Assembly: GCA_016215645.1 (NCBI GenBank)
Contig: JACRIX010000078.1
Coordinates: 16,905-80,904 of the forward strand
Reading direction: 5' to 3'
Source: Rhodocyclales bacterium
GTDB taxonomy: Bacteria; Pseudomonadota; Gammaproteobacteria; Burkholderiales; Rhodocyclaceae
Length of the DNA: 64,000 bases
Shown here: in pieces, positions 42,693 through 53,177 of the stretch
How the letters are laid out: every line of letters begins with the position of its first letter
Position numbering within the stretch: the first letter of the stretch is position 1
Notes under the pieces: model-generated
Databases searched by the model: none
Seen by the model: only the letters and a program-made list of their open reading frames with translations
Told to the model about the DNA's origin: nothing
Made by a program: the position numbers and the translations under genes

Positions 42693-43772
42693 ATGAAGCC
42701 GTTGCGACTCCTGCCCCTGTTTGCCATCGCGACCCTGCTTGCCTTGATGATGGCAGTGGCGTTACTGATGGCTCGGCGAGGTGCGCCGGCACTGGGCGCG
42801 CATATCGCCTTTGCCCTTGGTGTGATGCCTTTGATTCTTGCTGCCATGAGCTATTTTGTGCCGGTGCTGACACGCGGTCCGGGCGCGGCCGTCGCCGGTT
42901 GGCTGCCTCCGCTGCTGGCGCTGGGCGGTGGCGGCATCGCGGTTGCAGCGTTCGCTATCCACTATTCCAACCTGGCGATCAGCCTTGCCGCCTTGCTGGC
43001 GATCAGCGCTGCGTTTGCGGTGGGGGCTTGGACGCTGACCCGGGCGCGCCGGATGATCGGACGACGGCATCCCGGCATGGATTGGTATCTCGCCGCGTTG
43101 GGCATGTTGCTGCTGGCCCTGTTCGCGGTAATGGCGATGCCCGTGTTTCCCGAGCAGCGGGCACAGTTGCGCGTCTTTCATTTGCACGCCAACCTGCTTG
43201 GGTTTGTCGGCCTGACTGCCCTCGGCACCCTGCAAGTCCTGCTGCCGACGTGTATCGGAAAAGCTGATCCGGATGCGGCCTGCCGTCTGCGTGCCGACAT
43301 CAAGTGGGTGACAGGTGCCTGCTTGATGATCTCGATTGGCGCCGCGTCGCTGCTGCCAACAGTGCTGGCGGGCACTGCGCCGCTGATTGCGGTCGCCGGC
43401 GCCGTGATCTATCTGGCAATAGTTCTGCGCGTGCTTTGCGCATGGTGGACGCGATTTCGTGGTGATCTGTTTACGTCCCACGGCGCAGCACCGTCGCTGC
43501 TTGCGGCAACCGTCGGGTTGTTCTGCCTGTTGATACTGGGCCTGCTGCACGGGTGGGGCTACCTGTCCGGGCGAGCCTCGATAGTTGGTTTCGTGGTTGC
43601 GTTTCTGCTGCCGCTGGTGAGCGGTGCGATGGCGCAGTTGCTGCCGGTGTGGCTGCGGCCGGGCGTGCAAGCTGCGTGGCACGCGGAACTGCGTTATCGC
43701 CTATGCCGTTGGGGTGGCGTGCGCGGCTTTGCCTTGCTGCTGACAGGTTTGGGGCTGGCTATAGTGTTTTGA
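42693..43772 (+). CDS. Polytopic membrane protein of unknown function with intramembrane His residues
   Basis: About 11-12 hydrophobic segments; HIAFALG and FHLHANLLGFVG. Confidence 0.7.
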   Translation: MKPLRLLPLFAIATLLALMMAVALLMARRGAPALGAHIAFALGVMPLILAAMSYFVPVLTRGPGAAVAGWLPPLLALGGGGIAVAAFAIHYSNLAISLAALLAISAAFAVGAWTLTRARRMIGRRHPGMDWYLAALGMLLLALFAVMAMPVFPEQRAQLRVFHLHANLLGFVGLTALGTLQVLLPTCIGKADPDAACRLRADIKWVTGACLMISIGAASLLPTVLAGTAPLIAVAGAVIYLAIVLRVLCAWWTRFRGDLFTSHGAAPSLLAATVGLFCLLILGLLHGWGYLSGRASIVGFVVAFLLPLVSGAMAQLLPVWLRPGVQAAWHAELRYRLCRWGGVRGFALLLTGLGLAIVF

Positions 43773-43834
43773 GCTGGCGCATGCCGGCGCAGGCAGACGA
43801 TGGACCGGGCCGATCAGCCAACTCTCAGGGAATT

Positions 43835-43910
43835 TGGTGGGTTGTCACAGATTCGAACTGTGGACCTACGGATTAAGAGTCCGCTGCTCTACCAACTGAG
43901 CTAACAACCC
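43835..43910 (-). tRNA. tRNA-Lys(CTT)
   Basis: 76 nt cloverleaf, anticodon loop CT-CTT-AA, GTTCGAAT T-loop and CCA end. Confidence 0.97.
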
Positions 43911-43930
43911 GAACTGGGAATTATATTACG

Positions 43931-44006
43931 TGGTGGGTCGGGCGAGATTCGAACTCGCGACCAACGGATTAAAAGTCCGCTGCTCTACCGACTGAGCTAC
44001 CGACCC
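43931..44006 (-). tRNA. tRNA-Lys(TTT)
   Basis: 76 nt cloverleaf, anticodon loop CT-TTT-AA and CCA end. Confidence 0.97.
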
Positions 44007-44024
44007 GGTCCCAGAAGGGCGCGA

Positions 44025-44053
44025 ATCCTACAGAGCTTCACCTTGCCTGTCAA
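44025..44053 (-). promoter_or_regulatory. sigma70 promoter for the tRNA-Lys pair
   Basis: TTGACA-N17-TAGGAT followed by a GC-rich discriminator (tcgcgcc). Confidence 0.8.
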
Positions 44054-44102
44054 ACTTGACCGTGCTTGCTCAGCGGGCTCTGGATACCTCGGTGGATGCA
44101 GG

Positions 44103-44221
44103 AAAAAAAACGCAACCCGATAGGGGTTGCGTTGAATCCACACCAATAGGAGGAGGGTGGAGGAGACAGAGGCTTGGCGGGTATTTCTCGCGAAATTCGG
44201 CTGAGAAACTGGCGCCGTGTT
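44103..44221 (-). ncRNA. C-rich small RNA resembling the Betaproteobacteria toxic sRNA family
   Basis: Promoter TTGCAA(44256-44251)-N17-AAGAAT(44233-44228), a 5' hairpin, the core GUCUCCUCCACCCUCCUCCU, and terminator aacgcaaccc-ctatc-gggttgcgtt ending in an 8-U run. Confidence 0.75.
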
Positions 44222-44465
44222 GGGAGAATTCTTGCACAGCGTTTGCTGCATTGCAAGATTTTTGTGCGTTGCGCAACTAAAATTTCCATTCGCTGCAATT
44301 CAATCATGATCCATTTGATTTAAATGATTTTATTGACTTTAATGCGGGGTTTAGTAGTATCGCCCAAGCCGCATTTGGTCTGTAGTGGGCTGCCAAAACA
44401 CCAGACTGACCCAACCCATGCGGCGCTGCGGAAGCTGCAATTGGCGCTCTGAAAAGGAGGGAATC

Positions 44466-44882
44466 ATGGAATGCACGGTACGCTGGAGCGATGGCATGAG
44501 CTTTGTTGCCGAGACGGGAAGCGGACACTTGGTATGCATGGATGGGGCACCCGACGCCGGGGGGCGCAATCTGGCGCCGCGTCCCATGGAACTCCTGCTC
44601 GCCGGGACCGGCGGTTGTACCGCGTTTGACGTCGTTCTCATCCTCAAGCGTGGCCGGCACGAAGTCACCGGCTGCGAGCTGAAGCTTCAGGCGGATCGTG
44701 CCGAGACCGATCCCAAGGTGTTTACCCGCATCAACATGCATTTCGTGGTCAGTGGTCGCAATCTGAAGCCGGATGCGGTCGCACGCGCGGTGAATCTCTC
44801 CGCCGAAAAATACTGTTCGGCGTCGATCATGCTCGGCAAGACCGCAGAGATCACCCACAGCTTCGAGGTGATCGAGCTCTGA
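44466..44882 (+). CDS. OsmC-family protein (YhfA-like)
   Basis: RPMELLLAGTGGCTAFDV and SAEKYCSAS; strong SD aaggagg. Confidence 0.92.
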   Translation: MECTVRWSDGMSFVAETGSGHLVCMDGAPDAGGRNLAPRPMELLLAGTGGCTAFDVVLILKRGRHEVTGCELKLQADRAETDPKVFTRINMHFVVSGRNLKPDAVARAVNLSAEKYCSASIMLGKTAEITHSFEVIEL

Positions 44883-44889
44883 CCGGCAA

Positions 44890-45516
44890 TCAGACCCAGT
44901 AGGACAGCCGGGTCATCAGTCGCGAAGACAACTTCATCGCAAACTTTACCGGTACCGGCAACTCCCGGGCGCCATGTCCGATCGCCGTTGCGGCATGGCG
45001 CATTTCATCCAGTTTCATCTGTTCCAGCACTTCCCAGGACTTTCGATCCTGTGCCGGCAGACGCGCCTTGTGGCCTTCGAGGTGCCCTTCGACCTGGCGT
45101 TCGGTCTCCGCGAGGAAACCCAGACTCCAGGCATCGCCGCATTTGCCGGCAAGCGCGCCGATGGCCAGCGAACTGCCATACCAAAGCGGATTGAGCAGGC
45201 TCTTGCGGCCGCCAAGCTCGGCGATGCGCGTTTCGGTCCAGTTAAGGTGCTCGGTTTCCTCCCAAGCGGCGATTTCCAGTTCGCGCCGCACGAGCGGGTC
45301 ACGCGAAGCGAGCGCCTGGCCTTGGTACAAGGCCTGGGCGCAGATCTCGCCGCAGTGATTGACTCGCATCAGCGCGGTGACATGGCTTTTCTCGGCCGCG
45401 CTGAGTTCGGCTTCGGGCAACTCGGCACCCGGCATCGGACGTCGCGTCGGCGCTTTGGCGAAGACAGCGCGCAGCGCCTTGTCGAATTCGGGTATCAGCA
45501 GGTTCAGCGTGACCAT
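44890..45516 (-). CDS. coq7: Demethoxyubiquinol hydroxylase (di-iron)
   Basis: [33 protein letters not shown] and DEMRH. Confidence 0.94.
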   Translation of the reverse strand: MVTLNLLIPEFDKALRAVFAKAPTRRPMPGAELPEAELSAAEKSHVTALMRVNHCGEICAQALYQGQALASRDPLVRRELEIAAWEETEHLNWTETRIAELGGRKSLLNPLWYGSSLAIGALAGKCGDAWSLGFLAETERQVEGHLEGHKARLPAQDRKSWEVLEQMKLDEMRHAATAIGHGARELPVPVKFAMKLSSRLMTRLSYWV

Positions 45517-45524
45517 GCTGAAGT

Positions 45525-46067
45525 TTAGTTTGTGCTCGGGTGTTTGCCCAGGCGCAGGGCATTGCGGCCTTCGTCGGCGCTGACAATCGCATACCCAAGG
45601 GGGCAAAACAGGGTGCGACTAAGAATCGCATGTACCGGGTTGAGTGGCTTGTTCTCGATCCGCCGCCAATCCTGGCGCGCCGCCTGGGATTTGGTCCAGG
45701 TTCTGTCGCTACGTCCGGAGGCATAGTGCTTCCAGGCGCGTTCGGCACAATGGATGCCCTCGAAGCTGACATTGGTGGCGCCCCCCGAGGTTCTCACCAC
45801 CAGGACGTAGCGCACCACGCCATCCTTGCCCGGCGCAAGCGTCGCACCATCGATGAAATACTTGTTGGTGGCAACCGGGCTGACGTAGATCTCAATCAAA
45901 CTTTCATCGCCGGGATATGGCGGCAAGGCGATGTCCAGCGCTTCCTTCCAGGCTTCCGGCTCCTCAAAATTCGTGTTTCGCGGGTTGTACCCCGGAGCTT
46001 CCTGCGGTAGTTGTGCAAACGTGTTGGCGGCAAAGGCCAGCAATCCCAGCATCACGCTGCACTTCAT
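45525..46067 (-). CDS. CNP1-like exported protein
   Basis: Signal peptide, DGVVRYVLV and [12 protein letters not shown]; the usual neighbour of rppH. Confidence 0.8.
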   Translation of the reverse strand: MKCSVMLGLLAFAANTFAQLPQEAPGYNPRNTNFEEPEAWKEALDIALPPYPGDESLIEIYVSPVATNKYFIDGATLAPGKDGVVRYVLVVRTSGGATNVSFEGIHCAERAWKHYASGRSDRTWTKSQAARQDWRRIENKPLNPVHAILSRTLFCPLGYAIVSADEGRNALRLGKHPSTN

Positions 46068-46591
46068 CGCAACGGCTCCCCGGGCTCGGATTCCCAACTC
46101 GGCACACGATCATGCGGATTGGCGAACAGCAAACGCGCCAACTCAAGCAGCGCCGCCTCGTAAACTCCGCGTTTGAACTCGATCACGCTGGCCAGCGGTA
46201 CCCAATAGCTGTTCCAGCGCCAGGCGTCGAATTCCGGGTGCTCACTGGCGCGCAGGCAGACGTCGGTGTCGCGTCCGACCAGCCGCAGCAGGAACCAGAT
46301 CTGCTTCTGGCCACGGTAGGTGCTGCGCCATTCGCGGCGAATCCAGTGCTTCGGCACCTCGTAGCGCAACCAGTCGCGGGTGCGGCCGATGATCCGCACG
46401 TGTTCAGGCTTGAGGCCGGTTTCCTCCTCCAGTTCACGCAGCATCGCCTGCTCGGGCGACTCGCCCTTCTTGATGCCTCCCTGCGGGAACTGCCAGGAAT
46501 GTTCGCGGATGCGCTTGCCCCAGAACACCTCGTTGCGATGGTTGACCAGAACGATGCCGACGTTCGGGCGGAAGCCTTCACGATCGAGCAT
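46064..46591 (-). CDS. rppH: RNA pyrophosphohydrolase
   Basis: [15 protein letters not shown]...RELEEETG Nudix box, GQKQIWF and PEFDAW. Confidence 0.97.
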   Translation of the reverse strand: MLDREGFRPNVGIVLVNHRNEVFWGKRIREHSWQFPQGGIKKGESPEQAMLRELEEETGLKPEHVRIIGRTRDWLRYEVPKHWIRREWRSTYRGQKQIWFLLRLVGRDTDVCLRASEHPEFDAWRWNSYWVPLASVIEFKRGVYEAALLELARLLFANPHDRVPSWESEPGEPLR

Positions 46592-46712
46592 GATGCAAAT
46601 TCCAATGATTGACTGGTGATCATTCTTTCACAATCGGGAGCCGCTGGAAAGGCGCTTCTGCGAACGACGGCGATGGGTAAAATGCGCGGTTTCCGTCTTT
46701 CCGCCCAATGCC

Positions 46713-48440
46713 ATGCGCGCCAGCCAGTTCCACGTTGCCACCCTCAAGGAAGCCCCCGCCGATGCCGAGGTCGTTTCCCACCAGTTGATGATCCGCGCCG
46801 GCATGATCCGCAAGCTGGCCGGTGGCATCTATTCCTACATGCCGATGGGCCTGCGCGTGATCCGCAAGATCGAAGGCATTATCCGCGAGGAAATGAACCG
46901 CGCCGGCGCCATCGAACTGCTGATGCCGCTGGTGCAGCCGGCCGAGCTGTGGCAGGAGACCGGGCGCTGGGACAAGATGGGCCCGGAGATGATGCGGGTC
47001 AAGGACCGCCATGATCGCGATTTCATCATCCAGCCGACCTCGGAGGAAGTGATCACCGACATCGCGCGCAACGAAATTCAAAGCTACCGCCAGCTGCCGA
47101 AGAACTTCTATCACATCCAGACCAAGTTCCGCGACGAGCGCCGGCCGCGCTTCGGCGTCATGCGCGGCCGCGAATTCACCATGAAGGACGCCTACTCCTT
47201 CGACCGTGACGAGGCCGCTGCCGAGAAGAGCTACCAGGCGATGTACCAGGCCTACGTGCGCACCTTCGAGCGCATGGGCCTGACTTTCCGCGCCGTACGC
47301 GCCGACACCGGCAACATCGGCGGTTCGCTCTCGCACGAGTTCCAGGTGATCGCCGACACGGGCGAAGACCAGCTCGTGTACTGCCCGGATTCCGACTACG
47401 CCGCCAACATCGAGCTAGCGGAAGCCTTGCCGCTCGCCGCCGCGCTGCCGGCGCCGACCGAGACCCTGCGCAAGCTCGCCACGCCCGACACCATGCGCTG
47501 CGAAGATGTGGCGACGCTGCTTGGCGTAGCCCTGGAGCGCACGGTGAAGTCCATCGTTCTTGCGGTCGATACGCCGCTGGGGGCCGAGGTCTGGCTGCTG
47601 CTGGTGCGCGGCGACCACGCGCTGAACGAAATCAAGGCCGGCAAGGTGCCGGGGCTGGACGTGGGTTTCCGTTTCGCCAGCGAGCAGGAGATCATCGACC
47701 ATTTCGGCTGCGTGCCGGGCTACCTGGGCCCGCTCAACACCAAGAAACCGGTGAAGATCGTCGCCGACCGCACTGTGGCCCACATGGCGGATTTCGTCAG
47801 CGGCGCCAACGAAGCGGGATTCCACATTGCCGGCATCAACTGGGGTCGCGACCTGCCGGAGCCGGAGATCGTCGCCGACATCCGCAATGTCGTCGCCGGC
47901 GACCCTTCGCCCGACGGCAAGGGTACTCTGGCGATTCAGCGCGGCATCGAAGTCGGCCACGTGTTCTTCCTCGGCACCAAGTATTCCGAGGCGATGAATG
48001 CCACCTACCTCGATGAAACCGGCAAGCCGAAGCTGATGGTCATGGGCTGCTACGGCATCGGCGTCACCCGCCTGGTCGGCGCCGCCATTGAGCAGGGCCA
48101 CGATGCGAAGGGCATTATTTTTCCGGCGGCCATCGCGCCCTTCCAGGTGGTCATCGTGCCCATGAACTACGCCAAGTCCGAAGCCGTGCGCACTGCCGCC
48201 GGCAATCTGCTCGACCAGTTGCTGAAGGCCGGCATCGACGCCATCCTCGACGATCGCGACGAGCGCGCCGGCTCGATGTTCGCCGACTGGGAACTGATCG
48301 GCGTGCCGCATCGCGTGGTGGTCGGCGAGCGCGGCCTGAAGGAAGGCAAGCTCGAATACAAGGGCCGTCGCGATGCCGAGGCAACGATGGTCGACGTCGG
48401 GGAAATGCCGGCCTTGCTCAAGCGCGAGTTGCTCGGTTGA
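46713..48440 (+). CDS. proS: Proline--tRNA ligase (with editing domain)
   Basis: [26 protein letters not shown] and MGCYGIG. Confidence 0.98.
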   Translation: MRASQFHVATLKEAPADAEVVSHQLMIRAGMIRKLAGGIYSYMPMGLRVIRKIEGIIREEMNRAGAIELLMPLVQPAELWQETGRWDKMGPEMMRVKDRHDRDFIIQPTSEEVITDIARNEIQSYRQLPKNFYHIQTKFRDERRPRFGVMRGREFTMKDAYSFDRDEAAAEKSYQAMYQAYVRTFERMGLTFRAVRADTGNIGGSLSHEFQVIADTGEDQLVYCPDSDYAANIELAEALPLAAALPAPTETLRKLATPDTMRCEDVATLLGVALERTVKSIVLAVDTPLGAEVWLLLVRGDHALNEIKAGKVPGLDVGFRFASEQEIIDHFGCVPGYLGPLNTKKPVKIVADRTVAHMADFVSGANEAGFHIAGINWGRDLPEPEIVADIRNVVAGDPSPDGKGTLAIQRGIEVGHVFFLGTKYSEAMNATYLDETGKPKLMVMGCYGIGVTRLVGAAIEQGHDAKGIIFPAAIAPFQVVIVPMNYAKSEAVRTAAGNLLDQLLKAGIDAILDDRDERAGSMFADWELIGVPHRVVVGERGLKEGKLEYKGRRDAEATMVDVGEMPALLKRELLG

Positions 48441-49027
48441 TTGCGCGACTGGTCCTGCTGGTTGCCGCGGCGCTGCTGCCGCTGGCGGCGCAGGCCGGTG
48501 CCCAGCAGTATGAGCCCCTGGCGGCCAGCGTGCAGGCCGCGCTGCACGCGGCGATCGCCGATCGCGCTGCGCCTGAGCCGCAGTTCGCCTCGATTCAGGA
48601 AAAGGTCAATTGGTTGACCGAGATGTCAGGTCGTCTGTCGCGGCGCATTCCGGATCGGGAGGCCCGCCTTGACCTGCTGAAGACGGTGTATTACGAGGCC
48701 AAGCGCGCCGGTTTGGACCCGCAGATGGTGCTGGGCCTGATCCAGGTCGAGAGCGGCTTCAAGAAATACTCGGTTTCCTCGGCGGGCGCACGCGGCTATA
48801 TGCAGGTGATGCCCTTCTGGGTCAGGCTGATCGGCAGCAAGGACAGCAACCTGTTCCACATGCGTACCAACCTGCGTTTCGGTTGCACCATCCTGCGCCA
48901 CTACCTCGACATGGAGAATGGTGACATCTATCGCGCGCTCGGTCGCTACAACGGCAGCCTGGGCAAGCCGGAATATCCCAACATGGTGCGCGGGGCGTGG
49001 GAGAAGCAGTGGGGCTGGCGCAAATAG
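48437..49027 (+). CDS. Lytic transglycosylase (SLT domain)
   Basis: [15 protein letters not shown] and ALGRYNG. Confidence 0.9.
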   Translation: MIARLVLLVAAALLPLAAQAGAQQYEPLAASVQAALHAAIADRAAPEPQFASIQEKVNWLTEMSGRLSRRIPDREARLDLLKTVYYEAKRAGLDPQMVLGLIQVESGFKKYSVSSAGARGYMQVMPFWVRLIGSKDSNLFHMRTNLRFGCTILRHYLDMENGDIYRALGRYNGSLGKPEYPNMVRGAWEKQWGWRK

Positions 49028-49151
49028 TCCTGACCTAGTTGTCCGGACTGCGCGGGCAGCACGTTCTGACGTAAATCGACATCTAGCCACATGGCATGTA
49101 TGCTTTGCGACACGATGTAGCCATTTGAAAGTTTTGCAAAGGGGGCAATGC

Positions 49152-49781
49152 ATGGGGCGGGATGGCATTCGATCGATTTTAGGGGTGATGCTGCTGGCGA
49201 TTTCGATGCAGGCCGAGGCAGTCTGGGTGAGGCTTATGGGCTTGGGGCCAAGCCGGGCAGAACTGCAGATAAACCAGACGCCCGTCCGCGTGATGTATCC
49301 GGGGCAGACCAGCCCCGAAGGGGTTCGCCTACTGGTGGTGGCAAAGGACCATGTAGAGGTCGAGGCAAATGGCGCCCGCTATCGACTGGGACTTGGTCAA
49401 CGCATCGAACCCCAGGTAATCCTTGATGCCGACCCCCGGGGGCACTATGCCACCGAGGTGTTCGTCAATGGGCAGCGCGTCGTCGCACTGGTCGACACCG
49501 GGGCGAGCACGATAGCTTTCAATCGGACGGAGGCAGAACGTCTTGGTATTGAGTATCGTCAGGGTCGGCGAATCAAGGTGACGACAGCATCGGGTCAGGC
49601 AGATGCCTTTCTCGTTATTCTTGGCGAGGTAAGCCTTGGACCGATTCAATTGCGTGGAGTAGAAGCCACTGTATCCCTCGAAGCGAACGCCCCTGCTGTT
49701 GCCTTGCTGGGAATGAGTTTCCTGCGACGGTTGGACATGGTTACCGATGGCCGCCGCCTAAGGTTGATGCAGCTTCAATAG
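49152..49781 (+). CDS. Retropepsin-like (clan AA, TIGR02281-type) aspartic protease
   Basis: ADPRGHY, LVDTGAS and LLGMSFL; signal peptide. Start approximate. Confidence 0.85.
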   Translation: MGRDGIRSILGVMLLAISMQAEAVWVRLMGLGPSRAELQINQTPVRVMYPGQTSPEGVRLLVVAKDHVEVEANGARYRLGLGQRIEPQVILDADPRGHYATEVFVNGQRVVALVDTGASTIAFNRTEAERLGIEYRQGRRIKVTTASGQADAFLVILGEVSLGPIQLRGVEATVSLEANAPAVALLGMSFLRRLDMVTDGRRLRLMQLQ

Positions 49782-49991
49782 TGCGCGGTGTGGCCATGTC
49801 CGATTGCCGCCTCTGCAGGACGCGTTGCCTCCACTGGTAACCGGAAAGTTAGCGCCATGACGTTTCGGTTCTTCGTCGCTAGCGCTGAAAATACGGCGGC
49901 GAATCCCGGCCAAACCCCCTCCCCGGTACAATTCGCCCCTTGAACGGCGCATGGCCACGCGGCTGCCGCCGGCAACCGGAAAGACCGCCCC

Positions 49992-52136
49992 ATGACCCGC
50001 AAGATCCTCGTCACCAGCGCCCTGCCCTATGCCAATGGCGCGATCCACCTCGGCCACCTGGTCGAGTACATCCAGACCGACATCTGGACGCGCTTCCAGA
50101 AGATGCGCGGCCACGAGTGCTGGTATGTCTGCGCCGACGACACCCACGGCACGCCGATCATGCTGCGCGCCGAGAAGGAAGGCATCTCGCCGGAGCAGTT
50201 GATCGCCCGCGTCCATGCCGAGCATTCACGCGATTTCGCGGGCTTCCACGTTGCCTTCGACAACTACCACACGACGCATTCCGACGAGACGCGGCACTAT
50301 TCCGAGGACATCTACGGCAAGCTCAAGGCCGCCGGGCTGATCGAGGTGCGTGCTATCGAGCAGTTCTACGATCCGGTCAAGGCCATGTTCCTGCCCGACC
50401 GCTTCATCAAGGGCGAGTGCCCCAAGTGCGGGACCAGGGACCAGTACGGTGATGCCTGCGAATCCTGCGGCGCGGCTTACGCGCCGACCGAGCTGAAGAA
50501 CCCCTACTCGGCGGTGTCCGGCGCCAAGCCCGAACTGCGCTCCTCCGACCACTATTTCTTCAAGCTCTCCGATCCGCGCTGCCAGGAATTCCTGCGCCGC
50601 GCCACGCGCGCCGTTTGCGAGAACCAGCCCGAGGCGATCAACAAGCTGCAGGAATGGCTGGGCGAGCCCGGCGAGAACAAGCTCACCGACTGGGACATTT
50701 CGCGCGACGCGCCCTACTTCGGCTTCGAGATTCCCGGCGACAACGGGCAAAGTACCGGCAAATACTTCTACGTCTGGCTCGATGCGCCGATCGGCTACAT
50801 GGGCTCGTTCAAGAACCTGTGCAAGAAAAAGGGCCTCGACTTCGACGCCTTCTGGGGCAAGGGGTCGACGGCCGAGCTGTATCACTTCATCGGCAAGGAC
50901 ATCCTCTACTTCCACGCCCTGTTCTGGCCGGCGGAGCTGGAGCACGCCGGCTATCGCATTCCGACCAGCGTTTTCGCGCATGGCTTCCTTACGGTGGACG
51001 GCGCCAAGATGAGCAAGTCGCGCGGCACCTTCATCACCGCCGAGAGCTACCTCGTGCAGGGCCTGAATCCGGAGTGGCTGCGCTATTACTTCGCCGCCAA
51101 GCTCAACGGCAGCATGGAGGACATCGACCTCAACCTCGACGACTTTGTCAGCCGCGTCAATTCCGACCTGGTCGGCAAGTACATCAACATCGCCAGCCGC
51201 GCCGCCGGCTTCGTCGCCAAGCGCTTCGACGGCAAGCTCGATACGCGCCATCTCAATGAAACCTTCCGCGCCGAGCTGCCGGGCCTGGTCGACGCCGGCG
51301 AGGAGATCGCCGCGCACTACGAGGCGCGCGACTACGCCCGTGCCCTGCGCCGCGTGATGGCACTGGCCGACCAGATCAACCAGTACGTGGACAAGCACCA
51401 GCCCTGGACGCTGGCCAAACAGGAGGGGCAGGGCGCGAAGTTGCAGGAGGTCTGCTCGCTGCTGATCAATGCCTTCCGCATTCTCACCATCTACCTCAAG
51501 CCAGTGCTGCCCAAGCTGGCCCGTCGCGCCGAGGAGTTCCTCAATGTTGCGCCGCTGCACTGGCGTGACGCCGCCCACCTGCTGCCGCCGGCCCACCTGA
51601 TCAACCCCTACGAGCACCTGATGCAGCGCATCGATCCGAAGCAGGTCGACGCCCTGGTGGCGGCCAACCGCGAGTCGCTGGCGCCCACGGTCGCCGTGGT
51701 GCCAGCGCCGACTTCTGCCCAGGCGCCCTCGCCGCAACGCCATGCCCAGCACCAGCAGGCCACGGAAGACAAAACCCAGGGCCAGGCCGAGCCGAAAGCC
51801 CAGCACATCTCGATCGACGACTTTGCCAAGGTCGACCTGCGCATCGCGCGCATCGCCGACGCCAGGCACGTCGAGGGCGCCGACAAGCTGATCCAGCTCA
51901 CGCTCGACCTCGGCACTGAAACGCGCAACGTCTTCGCCGGCATCAAGTCGGCCTACGATCCGGCGCAGCTGGTCGGGCGCCTGACGGTGATGGTGGCGAA
52001 TCTCGCGCCGCGCAAAATGAAATTCGGCATGTCGGAAGGCATGGTGCTGGCGGCCTCGGACGCCGACGGCAAGTCGCCCGGCATCTACCTGCTGTCGCCC
52101 GACAGCGGCGCGCAACCCGGAATGCGCGTGAAGTGA
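49992..52136 (+). CDS. metG: Methionine--tRNA ligase
   Basis: [11 protein letters not shown], zinc knuckles, KMSKS and a C-terminal tRNA-binding domain. Confidence 0.98.
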   Translation: MTRKILVTSALPYANGAIHLGHLVEYIQTDIWTRFQKMRGHECWYVCADDTHGTPIMLRAEKEGISPEQLIARVHAEHSRDFAGFHVAFDNYHTTHSDETRHYSEDIYGKLKAAGLIEVRAIEQFYDPVKAMFLPDRFIKGECPKCGTRDQYGDACESCGAAYAPTELKNPYSAVSGAKPELRSSDHYFFKLSDPRCQEFLRRATRAVCENQPEAINKLQEWLGEPGENKLTDWDISRDAPYFGFEIPGDNGQSTGKYFYVWLDAPIGYMGSFKNLCKKKGLDFDAFWGKGSTAELYHFIGKDILYFHALFWPAELEHAGYRIPTSVFAHGFLTVDGAKMSKSRGTFITAESYLVQGLNPEWLRYYFAAKLNGSMEDIDLNLDDFVSRVNSDLVGKYINIASRAAGFVAKRFDGKLDTRHLNETFRAELPGLVDAGEEIAAHYEARDYARALRRVMALADQINQYVDKHQPWTLAKQEGQGAKLQEVCSLLINAFRILTIYLKPVLPKLARRAEEFLNVAPLHWRDAAHLLPPAHLINPYEHLMQRIDPKQVDALVAANRESLAPTVAVVPAPTSAQAPSPQRHAQHQQATEDKTQGQAEPKAQHISIDDFAKVDLRIARIADARHVEGADKLIQLTLDLGTETRNVFAGIKSAYDPAQLVGRLTVMVANLAPRKMKFGMSEGMVLAASDADGKSPGIYLLSPDSGAQPGMRVK

Positions 52137-52408
52137 CCGAGGTACGCCGCCTCATCATTCGCGGCATGGTGCAGGGTGTCGGCTTCCGCTACGCGATGGC
52201 AGCGCAGGCGCGGCTGCTGGGTGTCAGCGGCTGGGTGCGCAATCGGCGCGACGGCACGGTCGAAGCGATGATCGCCGGCGCCGCCGAGCCGGTTGCGGAA
52301 ATGCTGGCGTGGAGCCACCATGGACCCGCGGGCGCCTCGGTCGACCAGGTCATGGTCGAGATCGGCAGCGGCGAGTTTTCTTCCTTCGAACAACTGCCGA
52401 CGGCTTGA
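52133..52408 (+). CDS. acyP: Acylphosphatase
   Basis: VQGVGFR and [12 protein letters not shown]. Confidence 0.92.
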   Translation: MTEVRRLIIRGMVQGVGFRYAMAAQARLLGVSGWVRNRRDGTVEAMIAGAAEPVAEMLAWSHHGPAGASVDQVMVEIGSGEFSSFEQLPTA

Positions 52409-52470
52409 AAATCCACCTATTGCCATTACCATAAGAGGGTTAATTCAATCCACCCTGCAAGGAGCATCAC

Positions 52471-53067
52471 ATGGCCGTACTCGTTGGCAAAGCGGCCCCC
52501 GATTTCACCGCAACCGCCGTCTATGGCAACAACGAAATCAAGGACCTCACATTGTCCTCGTTCAAGGGCAGGCACGTCGTGCTGTTCTTCTACCCGCTCG
52601 ACTTCACCTTCGTCTGCCCGTCCGAACTGATCGCCTTCGACCATCGCCTCGATGAATTCAGGAAGCGCGGCGTCGACGTCATCGGCTGTTCGATCGACTC
52701 GCAATTCACCCACCTGGCGTGGAAGAACACCCCGATCAACAACGGCGGCATCGGCCAGGTCGGCTATCCGCTGGTGGCCGACATCAACCACGCCATCTGC
52801 CAGGCCTATGACGTCGAGGCCGCTGGCGGCGTGGCTTTCCGCGGCTCCTTCCTGATCGACAAGGCCGGCATCGTCCAGCACCAGGTGGTGAACAACCTGC
52901 CGCTGGGACGCAACATCGACGAGATGCTGCGCATGATCGACGCCCTGCAATTCACCGAAGAGCACGGCGAGGTCTGCCCCGCCGGCTGGCAAAAGGGCAA
53001 GAAGGGGATGACCGCCTCGACCGACGGCGTCGCCAAGTACCTGGCCGAGAACGCCGCAGTCCTCTGA
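52471..53067 (+). CDS. 2-Cys peroxiredoxin (AhpC/TsaA family)
   Basis: FYPLDFTFVCPSE and GEVCPAGW. Confidence 0.95.
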   Translation: MAVLVGKAAPDFTATAVYGNNEIKDLTLSSFKGRHVVLFFYPLDFTFVCPSELIAFDHRLDEFRKRGVDVIGCSIDSQFTHLAWKNTPINNGGIGQVGYPLVADINHAICQAYDVEAAGGVAFRGSFLIDKAGIVQHQVVNNLPLGRNIDEMLRMIDALQFTEEHGEVCPAGWQKGKKGMTASTDGVAKYLAENAAVL

Positions 53068-53083
53068 GTCGTCGCGTCTACCG

Positions 53084-53117
53084 AAGCCGCTCCTGCGCCG
53101 GGAGCGGCTTTGTTTTT
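53084..53117 (+). terminator. Intrinsic terminator after the peroxiredoxin gene
   Basis: aagccgctcc-tgcgccg-ggagcggctt followed by tgttttt. Confidence 0.8.
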
Positions 53118-53177
53118 GGGCGATGAGCCGAGGGCGGCATCGCCGGCGCCGCGTTCCGGCCATGCCATAATCAATTC

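Noticed and set aside
43835-44006. tRNA-Lys as the integration site of the nap/ccm/scn region
   Set aside because: There is no integrase, and I saw no duplicated tRNA 3' end elsewhere in the window. This was a by-eye search only.
44315-44328. FNR-like TTGAT-TTAA-ATGAT
   Set aside because: It has two mismatches in one half-site within an AT-rich tract, which is not enough support.
53166-53177. 12-nt match (cataatcaattc) to the CynR box upstream of the cyclase
   Set aside because: It lacks the right half-site (TAT) and the rest of the 78-bp repeat. It is better explained as a -10 element.
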